64,000 nucleotides of DNA from the NCBI RefSeq assembly GCF_006345805.1, contig NC_043002.1, positions 24,614,001-24,678,000 on the forward strand. The letters are read 5' to 3'. The DNA comes from Octopus sinensis (Eukaryota). The translations under genes were made by a program, and so were the position numbers. The notes under the pieces are model-generated. The model was given only the letters and a program-made list of their open reading frames with translations. It did no database searches and was not told where the DNA came from. Shown piece after piece: positions 13,826-26,290 of the stretch. Each line of letters begins with the position of its first letter. The first letter of the stretch is position 1.

Positions 13826-14145
13826 TATACTGGGTGTGGTGAATAAACTGTCATCTAAATTACACAAAATGAAAATAACACTGACATCTCATTTTAACAG
13901 ATATATTTACCAAAATTACATAAAAATATCTTGAAATACTAAACAGCAAATTTATTCAATAAAACCACCATTGGATTCAACCATGGCCTCCAGACGACTT
14001 CAGAATCTCCTGCAACTCTTCTGGATGGTTTCCCTGTTTAAGATGGTGAATGCTGCCATAATCCTTGCCTTCAGTTCTTCTTTGGTGTTACAAGCAGTTT
14101 TGTTGGTCTCTTGCTCAACTACGCCCCATGCATAATAATATTTAT
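13826..14145 (-). mobile_element. DD37D (maT-type Tc1/mariner) 3' fragment with TIR
   Basis: YYAWGVVEQETNKTACNTKEELKARIMAAF..SRLEAMVESNGGFIE*; same family as 61872-62331. Confidence 0.8.
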
Positions 14146-14149
14146 TTTT

Positions 14150-14850
14150 TGGACAAGATGAGGGTTTTAGACAGGAGATGCAAACTCTAAGTGTGGATGT
14201 ATTATAGCCATATATAGCTTTAAATAGATAGATGGTGAATGGCTTACAAAAGTCTTATTGAGTGATGCTAAGACACCTTTGGCTTTTTTAATGATTTTAG
14301 AAATATTGTTCCTCCAATGCATGTCATTGTTGACAATAATATCTAGGTCACATTTAGGAGCAGATTTAAGTTTGGTGTTGTGGTGAGAGAAAATAAAATT
14401 TGGGGTTTTCCTTCTAAAGTGTATAGCAGTGTACTTGTCTGCAGTCAGCTCAAATTGCTTGACGGCAATCTATTGCTGCATTGAGTCCAGGTCAGACTGC
14501 AGTAAAGATCTACAGCATATAGGATCTGTTCTTTTTATCTCCTGTTCACCTTAACCCTTTAGCTTTCAGATTATTCTCTCAAATGCAATGCTTATTTATT
14601 CACACTGTTTTAAAATACTCTTTTATTGTCTCATAGCATCAAGATTTTGATTATCTGATTGTGTGTTTGTAAAATGACATTGTAGGGCAGGTGTCTGATT
14701 GGTTTGGACATAAAATAGACAGAAAATTTGGACTGGATATAACCAGTTTAAATGCTAAAGGGTTAATGTTGCCTGTGTATTTTAACACAGTAACATGCTT
14801 CAAGTTGGCATCTATTTCATTAATGTATACGACTAATAACATGAAGTGAG
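14150..14850 (-). mobile_element. Degenerate CR1 fragment of the 9449 family, split by a MITE
   Basis: YINEIDANLKHVTVLKY on one side and the RTDP..LQSDLD..KAKGVLASL equivalent on the other, matching about 10390-10900. Confidence 0.8.
14555..14762. mobile_element. piggyBac-like MITE inserted in CR1
   Basis: TTAA duplication and CCCTTTAGC/GCTAAAGGG TIRs; removing it restores CR1 continuity. Confidence 0.85.
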
Positions 14851-15152
14851 GATCGCTCTAAACGTTTTAACTTATTAAATGTTCATAGAACATTATTATC
14901 TGTATGCCTAAAGATAGGAACATCAAACTATGTTAACTACAAACACATGCTTGTGTTAATTTCTATATTTAAATATTCCTATGGCTTTAATTAAAACACA
15001 GTTAAGTTCTTTTGGGGTGAATACAAGAAAGAAGTTGGCAAACCAAGATGTTTTAAGCTTACTTTACTCAATTCACTTAGTTATATTTGATCAGTTGAAG
15101 TGGTGATCAATCAATGGTCATGATGTGTTTGCTTGATAGGAATCTGTTATCC

Positions 15153-15420
15153 CACTGGCCTAGCAGTTAAGGTGTCCATTCATGACCATAATGCTGTGGT
15201 TCCGTTCTTCATCTGGTGTCAGGCTGTATCTTTGAATGAAGCACTTCACTTCTCATTATTCCAATTTACTCTGCTGAAATGAGTACCATTAGCTGGGGTT
15301 TTAATCTTCCAGTGAACTGGCATCTCATTTGAGTGGGGAAAGGGATTCCTGTTGTTCCAGTTCACTTATACATCTTTGAAATTGGGATAAGCTCCAACTG
15401 AATGAGTTTCAGACAGATTT
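15153..15420 (+). mobile_element. Old tRNA-derived SINE
   Basis: TGGCCTAGCAG A-box-like head, aaatgagtacc, gaactggcatctcat, gaaattgggataagctcc; heavily decayed. Confidence 0.5.
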
Positions 15421-15842
15421 TAACATTTGTCTGTTTATACATATATCTATGTGTGTGTGTATACACACACACACACACACACACACACATTAAACTTTTA
15501 CAAGGTAAAGCTTGACAGTGACTTGACTTTGAAGTTCCACCTTTCTCACATTTGTCAGGCTGTGCTATCCTTGGCTTAGTTTTGACTTCATACTGTCTTT
15601 GGGATTTTGGGGGTGGGTGGGGGGATAGGGTGGGGGGATAGGTGGAGTTTTGTGAAATGGTAATTAGTTGTGATGTAGGGAAGTAGATGTATAGGGAGAA
15701 GGATAGGTGAGAAGTATGTGTTTTTAGGTGGGTTTAGAGAAAGCTGTTGTGAGAAGATTTTGTTTGATTTGATGTGGGAATTGTGTTATTGTTTAGGGTT
15801 CAGTCAAGCATGGAAGAAACTGTAAATAGGTCTGTTTAATTC

Positions 15843-17109
15843 ACTTCACTTGTTGTCCATGCTTATTTCTTAATATTGTCCTTCTTCGTTCACATTTTAC
15901 ATTGATCACCCTTCTGAGTTATCAAATTATCTCTCCTTCTCAACTATCATTCATCTTTCATTCAACTCATACACCACATCTGCTTCTCCCCTAATTCTTT
16001 TGTAACCTCTACTCAACCTTATTCTCTGTCTCTATTCCTATTCACTTTCTTGTACCTTGAGGGTCCACCCTAACACTTCATCATCACTATTTTATCTCTT
16101 TACTCTTCCAGCCCAGTTACTCATGCCAAATCTTCTATAATGTATGTTGCTTCTCTACAACAAGGAACCTGTTCTGTTCACCTCCTTTCATACTTTACCC
16201 CATCATCTCCTAGCATAAGATCACCATATTCACACACACAGTTATATACATTTATATGGGTAAATACATATAGATTCAGGCATGTCTGTGTGACTCAGAA
16301 GAAATTTTTTGTGTTAATAAAACCAGCTTGTACATTTATTTCTCTACTAATCTGGTATTTGGATCATAACTTAACAAAGGGATTTTGCATGACAGAAGGT
16401 TTTGATTTCAATTCAAGCACTTTAAAATAGAAGGGATTTTTATCAGACTGTCAGACAGACTGTCTCAAGCAGGCTGTTACCACTCACTGTTGTCATGCTT
16501 ATTTATTAATATGTCCTTCGTCGTTCATCATTTAAAATTGATCACCCTCTGAGTATTCAAATTATCTCTCCTTCTCAACTTCAGTCATCTTCTCTTCAAC
16601 TCATACCAACACATCTGCTTCTCCCCTAATTCTTTTGTAACCTCTACTCAACCTTATTCTCTGTCTCTATTCCTATTCACTTTGTACCTTGAGGGTCCAC
16701 CCTAACACTTCATCATCACTATTTTATCTCTTTACTCTTCCAGCCCAGTTACTCATGCCAAATCTTCTATAATGTATGGCTTCTCTACAACAAGGAACCT
16801 GTTCTGTTCACCTCCTTTCATACTTTACCCCATCATCTCCTAGCATAAGATCACCATATTCACACACACAGTTATATACATTTATATGGGTAATACATAT
16901 AGATTCAGGCATGTCTGTGTGACTCAGAAGAAATTTTGTGTGTTAATAAAACCAGCTTGTACATTTATTTCTCTAATATCTGATTTGGATCATAACTTAA
17001 CAAAGGGATTTTTGCATGACAGAGGTTTTGATTTCAATTCAAGCACTTTAAAATAGAAGGGATTTTTATCAGACTGTCAGACAGACTGTCTCAAGCAGGC
17101 TGTTACCAA
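15843..17109. repeat. Head-to-tail ~630-nt duplication (about 15843-16480 and 16481-17109), probably an assembly artefact
   Basis: No spacer; the differences are almost all 1-3 nt indels. Confidence 0.85.
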
Positions 17110-19589
17110 AATATTAAACAGTCCCTTCCTCTTTGACAAAAGTGTGCCAATTTATAGCATTAAGGCTGCCGCCACACTTTTCATGTGTTAAATCGGATTT
17201 ACTCTTTAAGGTCTCCCTTTTTTTCTTTCACATAAACAACCTAATCTGTTTTATTTAACCAATCCGTCTCTACTTCTGATGATCTCCCCCACCTTTGCTC
17301 TTTTTCTTTTACTGCGGTTCCTCTGTTGTTCCTTTTATCTTAATCCACTCCACTCTTTATTTTAATCCCTTAACTAATGTCACCACCACCACACCACCAC
17401 CACCTCCACTGCTATCCATACTAATTAAACTGACTTAAAGCAGTGAGCTTGTATAAGTGAGAGGTTGGAAGTCAGGCAATAAGAGGGTAATTAACACCAT
17501 ACCACCACCACCACCACTGCTGTTGCTATACCACTACACAAACATTAGACCCATGCCATCAAGCCCACCATTTACAGTCAATTCCTAACATTACCACTAT
17601 CGCCACTTATTCCAACAACGACCATGAGCCAATGAGAGAGCCTCCATATGGTTACTCATTCAGTTAGAAAAAACAGCTAGATCACCATCAGATCACACCC
17701 TACTATCTTAAAAAAGTGAAGGACACATTGGACGATGATGTCCTACATACTCTTTGGCTGGAGAAAATGGTGAGATGGTTGTGACTGGAATACCTTAAAT
17801 CATAGATCTGTTAACTCAGGACTGACTTGGGGCTAAATAACAACACTACCATCTAAATACAAACCTAATCAAGTCCTGTCAGCAGTTTTCTCAGAAGATA
17901 ATTAATTTTTTCTTCCTCCTCTACCATCCACTCACCTATATAACATGGAACCTTAATCCTAAGCAGAGATGGTGATGGTAGTAGTAGAGGTAGGGTACAC
18001 CTGTGCACTACTTATGTAGGGGAAGGTAGAATTATATTACAGGGGCAACTAGTTTTGTTCAGCAGCTGCTCTTTTTGTCTCTCTTTTTGATAGCTTATTG
18101 TTGTTGGTGGTGGGTTGGTAATTCATGGCAGTGCTGGTGGTGGTGGTGGTGGTGGTGGTACTTGTGGCAGAGTTCATGACAGTGGTGGCAACAGTTGTAT
18201 CTAGCATTGATCAAGCAAACCTACAGTTAAAGTCATTCCAGTCCTAACTATTCTATGGTTTCATATACCTGGAACTGCATTATTTAAAGTATCCATTTTT
18301 AAAGACTGTTGGATCTGATACAATAGAATTTGGCTGCTATTTCTAGCTGGTCTCCCTTGTTTGGCTCACTAGTATCTCCCTTGTTGGCTCACTATATAAT
18401 GGTGATGATTTTAGTGGTGGTGGTGATGGTGGCAGTGGTGCTGGTGGTAGTAGCGGTGGAGATGGTTGTTAGAGGTTGTTATTTTAGCTCCAGGTCGACT
18501 GCAAATCAAAAAGACTTATAGCAGGCAGGTGGTAGATTTGCATGATCCACAGATGCATTACTTCAGATATATCATTACTGCCACCTGGTTGCTGTCCAAA
18601 CTATGCTCTCAAACATGCAGTGGTTTATCATATGGAGTGCCATCTGGTCATCTGGTTCCTCCAACCTGAGTCTTTTTTACATGGTAGGGTATCAGTCCTA
18701 CACCCAAATCTTCAACCAGGCATAGGACAGGCTATGACAGAGTTATTTGGAATATGCAGTGATATATTTTCAGTGTTGCTCATTTTTCATGCCTCTTGAT
18801 ATTATCAACACAGATCCAGTAAACCTATGACTAAGGGCTCTAACCATTCCTGGTTAGAGCCCTTAGTCATAGGTTTTTATTTGGACATAGTGTATCTAGG
18901 ACTACATGTGTCCTTCCTTTTTAAGATTGTAGAATGTAATTTGAGTGAGATTTAGCTGGTGTTTCTAGCAGGTTTAATGATCAAGTGGGAGCTCCCTTGT
19001 TGGTTGTCTTCATGTTTTAAAATGAATTATGTGTGATTTTAGGGACATTTGGCTGCTATTTCTGGCAAAGAGAGATCTACTAGAAATAGCAGAGGTTCCC
19101 ATATTGGGTTGTAACATGTCTGTAGATTCTGATGATAACCAGAATGGGGACAAGCAGAAAAAGGTGCAGATGACCAGAATCTTATAGTTACTGTTCCTCT
19201 GTGCTTATCATCTCAGTAAAGTGTTTTGCCTAATGAAGTTATTGATATTGCTGCTTTATACAGAAGTCCTTTTTATATTTGCTTAGACTGAGTAGATGGG
19301 AAGGAGAGAAACAGGCATCTTGCAGTAAAGGAGATACATGGCTACCTCAGTGGGAGAGAGAGGTGAGAGAGAAGAGATGGATGGGGAAGGAGGGAGAGAA
19401 GAGAAGAGTGAAGATAGTGAAAATGTGATGTGGGGTACACCCAAGTTACAGAGAGATGTATATAAGTGAGGTAGGACCAAGGATTGGATAGGGTAAGTGG
19501 ATGTATTAGTTCACAAGATTGCGAGGTGTGTGTGTGTGTGTGTGTATATATATAATATATATATCTTCTAGATATATATATATATATTA

Positions 19590-19745
19590 TAGTTGAAATT
19601 ACAGAAAAAACAAAGGACGAAGACAGGTATAAAACAACAAGCAGGTGTATTAGTTTGACACTAGGGAAGGTGAGAAAGTCTTTTATGTTTTGAACCTATG
19701 CTCTTCAACAGAAAGGAACACGAGGAAATAAACAGAGAGAGAGTA
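19590..19745 (-). mobile_element. Penelope-like end with a decayed hammerhead-like core
   Basis: Minus strand ttgaagagcataggttcaaaacat resembles NUGAAGA-stem-GAAACG. A truncated relative lies at about 13120-13170. Inference. Confidence 0.4.
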
Positions 19746-20154
19746 AAAAAAACTTGTGGAGTTAGCAGTCAATCATGTATATAATATATACATATACACA
19801 CACATGCACAAACATATGATGGGCTCCTCCAGTTTCTGCCTACTAAATCCTCTCATAAGGCTTCGGTTGGCTTGGGGTTATGGTAGAAAACACTTGTCCA
19901 AGGTGCCGTGCAGTGGTTGGGAAGCAAACTTCTTATCCCTAGTTATGCCTATGCTTATTTCAGTTGATTTTAAATGATTTTTGGCTCACTACATTAAATT
20001 GAATTACTCGTTAGTAATTGCTGACAAGAACCAATGAGAGATCTTCCATATGGTTCTTCTGTCTATTAGAAACAGCAACCCAAATCTTTGTCAAATCACT
20101 CTCCAATCTTTTAAAATAGGAAGTTCTGAATGTAATATACCTGAAAAGTTCAAT

Positions 20155-21020
20155 ATAAGAGACTGGCAAGGTGACGAACTGCCAGAAATATTAGCATGCC
20201 AGGAGAAATGCCTAGTGGTATTTCGTCTGTCTTTACATTCTGAGTTCAAATTCCACTGAGGTCGACTTTGCCTTTCATCCTTTTGGTGTCAATAAATTAA
20301 GTACCAGTTGCATACTAGGGTTGATCTAATTGACTGGCCCCCTCCCCCAAAATCTCAGGTCTTGTGCCTAGAGTAGAAAAGAATATAAGAGACTGGTAGA
20401 ATATGTATCAGACTTTAAAAAATAAGTTCTGGGGTCAGTTTGTTCAACAAAACCCTTTAAAGGAGTGCCGCAGAATGGCCACAATCTAATGACTGAAATA
20501 AGTAAAAGATAAAAGATATAATAAACCCCTACACCAGTATTTCCCATCATATTTTCCCCAGGCTCCACTATAATTTTCCAGAAAAATGTATACCCCACTG
20601 ATGGTTGGAAAGAAACAACTTTATTTTTAATAGTTCATGATTATAAGGCAGCAAGCTGGCAGAATTGTTAGCACGCCGGGCGAAATGCTTAGCAGTATTT
20701 CGTCTGCTGCTACGTTCTGAGTTCAAATTCCGCTGAGGTCAACTTTGCCTTTCATCCTTTCGGGGTCAATTAAATAAGTACCACATACGCACTGGGGTCG
20801 ATATAATCGACTTAATTCATTTGTCTGTCCTTGTTAGTCTTCTCTGTGTTTAGCCCCTTGTGGGTAGTAAAGAAATAGGTATTTCACCTGTCTTTACATT
20901 TTGAGTTCAAATTCCACTGAAGTTGACTTTGCCTTTCATCCTTTTGTGGTCAATAAAGTACCAGTTGCTTACTGGGGTCGATCTAAATTTTGGGTCTTGT
21001 GCCTAGAGTAGAAAAGAATA
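20155..21020 (+). mobile_element. Cluster of tRNA-derived SINEs (core gtcgactttgcctttcatcctttcggggtc..aagtaccag), with one related minus-strand fragment at about 20390-20520
   Basis: Three + strand copies with heads ctggcaga..gttagca and B-box-like gagttcaaattcc; two alternative 3' ends. Confidence 0.85.
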
Positions 21021-22194
21021 TTTCATAATTATATACTTTCCTTAAAGAAATATCCACACTAGGGCATTAGAATAGTGCTATACACTAGCAAACAGTCTTC
21101 ACACAGTATGCTTGGCTGGGGGGATTGTTTTGGCTACGCTGACTATAGGTGTAGTAGGTTTTACTGAAAACAAAAGATTTTCACAATTCTATATCCCATT
21201 AAAAAGCAAAAAAAAATTTGGATCCTATGCCCCACCACAATTTTCCCAGCTCTTACTGGTGGGGCATATGCTCCACATTGGAAATTACTACCCTGCACAT
21301 TATGGTTCTTCTATACCCAAAAGTAACGGTATATCTGAAACTGGGATTTGTGGATGATATCCAGACCATCTATTGGTTGTAGGTCTGCCTGATAGGGTTA
21401 ACTTGGAGCTACACAACAACAATAGCATTTATTAACCATTGTGGAGGTTGTTTATCATAAGTAGGTTTTCATTTTAAATAGATTCCTGTTGTAATTAGAC
21501 CATTGTTACATGCACCATAGGTAACTGTCTCTGCTTATCTGTTTGTATATACTTAAAAGGTATATATGTTCACATATGTTAATCATTGTATACACTAATA
21601 AATTGGCTTTGTGTGTGTGTGGTGTGTGTGTGTGCGTGCGTGTTCAGGTACTGTAAAAGATGTGGAAGATGTAAGAGACAAGAAATATGAAAGAGAGAAG
21701 GGAGACAATGCAATATAAACTGCTACTGAAAAAGACAGGCACAACTACCAGCAGTGAGGGGGTGGTGAGAGAGAAAGGGTAGAGATGAAAGTAGACTTTG
21801 CTATTCACAGTGAGAGAAAAAAGAAAGGAAGAGACTGCCATTGCTAAGAGGGATCAGATAACCTGAACTAACACGACAATGTATTATTTGACAAAATAAA
21901 AAGAGCAGCCAACATATGTTTCTGTGGCAAAACATACTTGAAATGCCATTTTGATGCTAGTTAAATACTAAATATAATTTACATCTCATCTGCTGAATGT
22001 AACTAACAGTTGCATATTAAATAAATTTATTGGTAAAGAAAAAGAAAATAGTGTTGTCTCATTCTTAAACAGGGAGTGTGTTATGACCCTGTAATTTACA
22101 TAAACACACAATTAGTCTTGCTGTAAAGACTGTTTTATGTTGATAAGTCTGTTTATTAGACCAGTAACCTGATGGCTGTAGGTTCAAGTCTCCC

Positions 22195-22416
22195 AACTGG
22201 CAGAAACGTTAGCACGCCAGGCGAAATGCCTAACGGTATTTCGTCTGCCGTTATGTTCTGAGTTCAAATTCCACCGAAGTCGACTTTGCCTTTCATCCTT
22301 TCGGGGTCGATAAATTAAGTACCAGTTACGCACTGGGGTCAATATAATCGACTAAATCCGTTTGTCTGTCCTTGTTTGTCCCCTCTGTGTTTGGCCCCTT
22401 GTGGGTAGTAAAGAAA
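22195..22416 (+). mobile_element. Full-length young tRNA-SINE with a 16-bp target site duplication
   Basis: TAGGTTCAAGTCTCCC at 22179-22194 and 22417-22432. Confidence 0.9.
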
Positions 22417-22503
22417 TAGGTTCAAGTCTCCCTAGACCTGTTATAGTCTTCTTATCTTAATTTGTCTATCATTTGGTATACCTGTAAGTCAGTTTGTCTA
22501 ACT

Positions 22504-22737
22504 CAGGGGTTACTCTTTTACACTTTTACTTGTTTCAGTCATCTGACTGCGGCCTTGCTGGAGCACTGCCTTTAGTCAAGCAAATCGACCCCAGGACTTA
22601 TTCATTGGAAGCCTAGTACTTATTCTATCGGTCTCTTTTGCCAAACCGCGAAGTTACGGAGACGTAAACACACCACCATCGGTTGTCAAGCGATGTTGGG
22701 GGAACAAACACAGACACACAAACACACACACACACAC

Positions 22738-22777
<40 letters not shown>

Positions 22778-23268
22778 CAGGCTTCTTTAAGTTTCCGTCT
22801 ATCAAATCCACTCACAAGGCTTTGGTCAGCCCAAGATTATAGCAGAAGACACTTGCCCAAAGTGCCATGCAGTGGGAATGAACCCGGAGCCATGTGGTTG
22901 GTAAGCAAGCCACTTACCACACAGCCACTCCTGTGCCTCAACGATTTTTTTTATCTATGGACACCTTTGATTACTATTTTATTCTGGTGGACCCCCTTAG
23001 CCATTCGATGTTTAAAAGCTGGTTTTATAGAACTTCTTTTAAAGTTCCTACTTTGTTTTTCCCACATTAGCTTGTGTAGGTTGAACATTAGACGTAAAAA
23101 CCTAGCTGTTTCTTGCATTATAAACCAGTACATACACTGAAAGCAAAATTTTTCTACAGGCCCTTAAAATACTTTTATGGATCCTCAATTTACTATTTTG
23201 CTGTGTGGACTCTCAAAAATCTTATATGGAACCTCAGGAGCCATATGGACCTTAGTTGAGAATCACTG
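22504..23268. mobile_element. hAT (Charlie-like) MITE with a SINE inserted in its left TIR
   Basis: Perfect 8-bp TSD GTCTAACT at 22496-22503 and 23269-23276; TIRs CAGGGGTT..CTCAAC and GTTGAGAATCACTG. Confidence 0.85.
22512..22938 (-). mobile_element. tRNA-SINE with an internal (TA)n(TG)n microsatellite
   Basis: Head aggcacaggagtggctgtgtgg..gggttcattccc, microsatellite at about 22715-22775, body ending gactgaaacaagtaaaag; same layout at 46355-47359. Confidence 0.85.
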
Positions 23269-23391
23269 GTCTAACTGATGCTTGAAATTCTGTTTAAGCT
23301 CTTACCTAAATGGTCATCTGTTTGTTAATCTACTTATATATCTGAGATTTACTTTTTATTATTTTTGTTTGTTTGTCCAACCAGTGGTCTT

Positions 23392-23406
23392 TGCATCATC
23401 ATCATC

Positions 23407-23465
<59 letters not shown>

Positions 23466-23575
23466 CACCATCATTACCATCATCATCACCACTACCACAA
23501 TTGTTGTTGTTATCATTATTGTCATCATCATCATCACTATCATCATCGTTGTAATTATCACTTTTATTATCATTG
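23392..23575. repeat. (CAT)n/(CAC)n trinucleotide tract just upstream of the large exon
   Basis: Direct reading; it explains the poly-His, poly-Ile, poly-Asp and poly-Met ORFs in the track. Confidence 0.95.
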
Positions 23576-23614
23576 CTATGCATTCTTAAGTCTTCCTATT
23601 TTATTCTTTTTCAG

Positions 23615-24473
23615 TGAGTGGAGTTGATATCAGGTTAAAAAATCCCAATGATGGTTACTTCCTGAAATTTCAACATCACAGTCCCCAGACACAACAAGAA
23701 TCATTGATAATAACAGAACCAACAGGAGAATTACCTGTGGTGCAGGCACAGCTGGGGCCTTTCTTCTCTGAGAAGCCCATTCCCAGACATCTTCTGGACA
23801 CATCAACATACAATGACTCAAACATTCTTGACCGTTTCACGATGGATGGGCGAGACATCAGCGTCCACTTGGTCTCCTCAAAAATCACACCAGACAGCCC
23901 CATGTTGCAAATCCTCATCCATGCTGGAATGATGAATTATGGTAATGGTGGGAACGATCGAGGGGATAGTGGAGGTGTTGGTGGTTCTTCATCTGGCAAA
24001 CAGACAGCGCTACTGCTGTCGACGTTTCCGTCGAGGCGTCGTTGGTGTGGGCAGGTGTTCGTGCAGCATCTTGACGATGAGCTGACCGCAGCCTGCCTGC
24101 TCAACGACAAGTACAACGGTTGCGTGGCTGGTGTGGAGGTGCCTGAGGAGTGGTGGGTATCACCAAACAAAACAACAGTCACTGTCTACTATACAGTGAC
24201 TGGCATCAACAAGAATGAGGAGTGCGGAAATCCCGCATATGTTTCCAGTGCAGCATTACAAACCAACGACTCGGATGCTGCAGCTGAAATAGTTACAGAG
24301 AACCGGCGCTACCTGACCACCCTCTCACTTTCATCCAACGACGAAGAGTACAAAGACATAGAAGAAAAGCATGTCATTATCTCTGTCCCCACAGCAACCT
24401 ACCGTCCAGGATCGCTGTTCTATGTTCCGATTAAATTGGAAGCTGACTCTGATGTCCAAGTATTTGTGATTCG
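23615..24473 (+). CDS. TMEM132: Large internal coding exon (859 nt, entry phase 1, exit phase 2) of a TMEM132-family protein, N-terminal extracellular region
   Basis: Stop-free 287-aa ORF bounded by the acceptor ttattcttttTCAG| and the donor CG|GTGAGT. Motifs LTAACLLNDKYNGCVAGVEVPEEWW, VYYTV and YRPGSLFYVPIKL...FVIR match my recollection of the TMEM132 N-terminus. The large-exon-then-~150-nt-exon layout matches vertebrate TMEM132. Family-level call only. Confidence 0.85.
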
Positions 24474-24624
24474 GTGAGTACTTATCTGAACTTTGATACA
24501 TTTATCAAACCCTACCTCTGGGGCCTTATTGTTATATGTGTATGTATGTATACATGTGTGTCTGCATATTATTATACATGTATGTGTTTATGTAAATGTG
24601 TGTGTGTGTGTGTGTGTTACCATC

Positions 24625-25455
24625 ACTGTTACCATCATCATCAACATTTAATGACCATTTTCCATGCTGGCATGAGTTAGATGACTTGACAGGAACTGGC
24701 ATGGCCAGGGGCCACGCCAAGTTCCATATTCTGTTTTGGCTTGCTTTATATGGCTGAATGTCCTTTCTAATACCAACCACTTTACAAAGTGTACTGAGTG
24801 CTTTTTTAGTGACACCATCACCAGTGCTTTTTACATGGCACCAACGCTTTTTTACACTGCAGCTTTTTAATACATCAATGCTCTTTTTACATGGCAGCTT
24901 GATTTTAAGATCTCAGTTCTGATGTGGTGAGTGGATCTCCTTGAGTACAGCAATGAGCTGCATATCTCAGTTCTCTTTCATCTCCTTTATAAGGCTTAGT
25001 GTTTTGAGATCAGCCTTCAATACTTTGTCCTATGTTTCCTGGGTCTCCTTCTTCCACAATTTTCCACCACTTTGTGATTGACATTTCTTTAAGCAACTGT
25101 CCTTATCCACCTGCCTCACATAACCAAACCAGCACAGTCCCCTTGCTTATACACTGCATATAATTCCTCTTATGCCCAAATTCTCTCTCAGTACAACAGT
25201 GCTCTGTCACACATGCACACACTGACAGCCTCTCCAGCCTTCACATATCCTCTACATTCTTGGCTCACATCTGATTACCATACAGCATTGCAGTTCATAC
25301 ACATACATCATACAATTTTCTCTTCACTCAGAAAGATAGACCTTTGGTTGCTAACAGGAGTAAAAGTTATTTGAACTTTCTCCATCTTATTCTTATTCTA
25401 GCAATTACACTTTCCATACAATTTCTTCCAGTGCTAATTAGGTTACCTAGGTATC
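24625..25455 (-). mobile_element. RTE LINE 3' fragment about 150 nt downstream of the exon donor
   Basis: ESVIARIRIRWRKFK..LATKGLS..KRKLYDVC, then the UTR motif and (GAT)n tail. Confidence 0.8.
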
Positions 25456-25671
25456 AAAAATTATCTACAACTTCTAGAGCCACTGGGACAGTTGAGGAAA
25501 TCAGTTCCCATGGATCTGTGGTCTTCATGGCTCCTGTTCATCTTACACACACATGCATGCACACACACACACAACTAGACAAGCATGGAACACTTACATT
25601 CAAAACTCTGAGCTTCTTGACAGTAATTTATTTGATACCCTTTGTTCTTCAACTGTTGCAAGTATGTTTAA

Positions 25672-25891
25672 CCCTTTAGCATTCAAACCGGCCGTATCCG
25701 GCCAAAATATTTAACCTGTTTTATATTGAAACTGACCAGATCTCACCTCTCACCACAGCCCTACCATGTCATTCTAAAACTAAAAAATCACATCACTGAA
25801 ATCTCTAAATTACAAGATAATGCATGACTAATTCAAACCATTTTAAATAAACAAACATCATATTTGACAGAATAATCTGAACATTAAAGGG
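25672..25891. mobile_element. piggyBac-like MITE, opposite orientation to the 1252 copy
   Basis: TTAA|CCCTTTAGC...TAAAGGG|TTAA. Confidence 0.8.
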
Positions 25892-26290
25892 TTAATATAG
25901 GAGGGAAAAAAACCATTGATGTTAAGCCAAAGGCCATCAATGAGTTGTTTGATCATTCAAGCGGACCAACTCTTCAAGATGTGACTATGAGACTTTGGTA
26001 AAATAAAAAAAAAATAAAAAACTATTTCCAAATCCTCCACAGCCTAGTGCCTTGAGCTTATAGTAAAACTAAAAGCTTGGAGATATTTAAAACCTCGCTT
26101 AGATGGTCACAGGGGAATTAATCCAAAATGACTTGATTGCACAGGAAAATTCTAACTGCATATCCACTTAGTTTGGTTGCATCTAATTTATACATGCATA
26201 CACCACATTTTACACACGTAGTGATGATGATATTTATTTGTATATATATATATTATAAATAAACAGCACCACATATATATATATATATAT

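Noticed and set aside
23282-23627. Poly-His, poly-Asp, poly-Met and poly-Ser ORFs (likewise 43448-44923 and 55184-55454)
   Set aside because: Trinucleotide microsatellites with no coding features.
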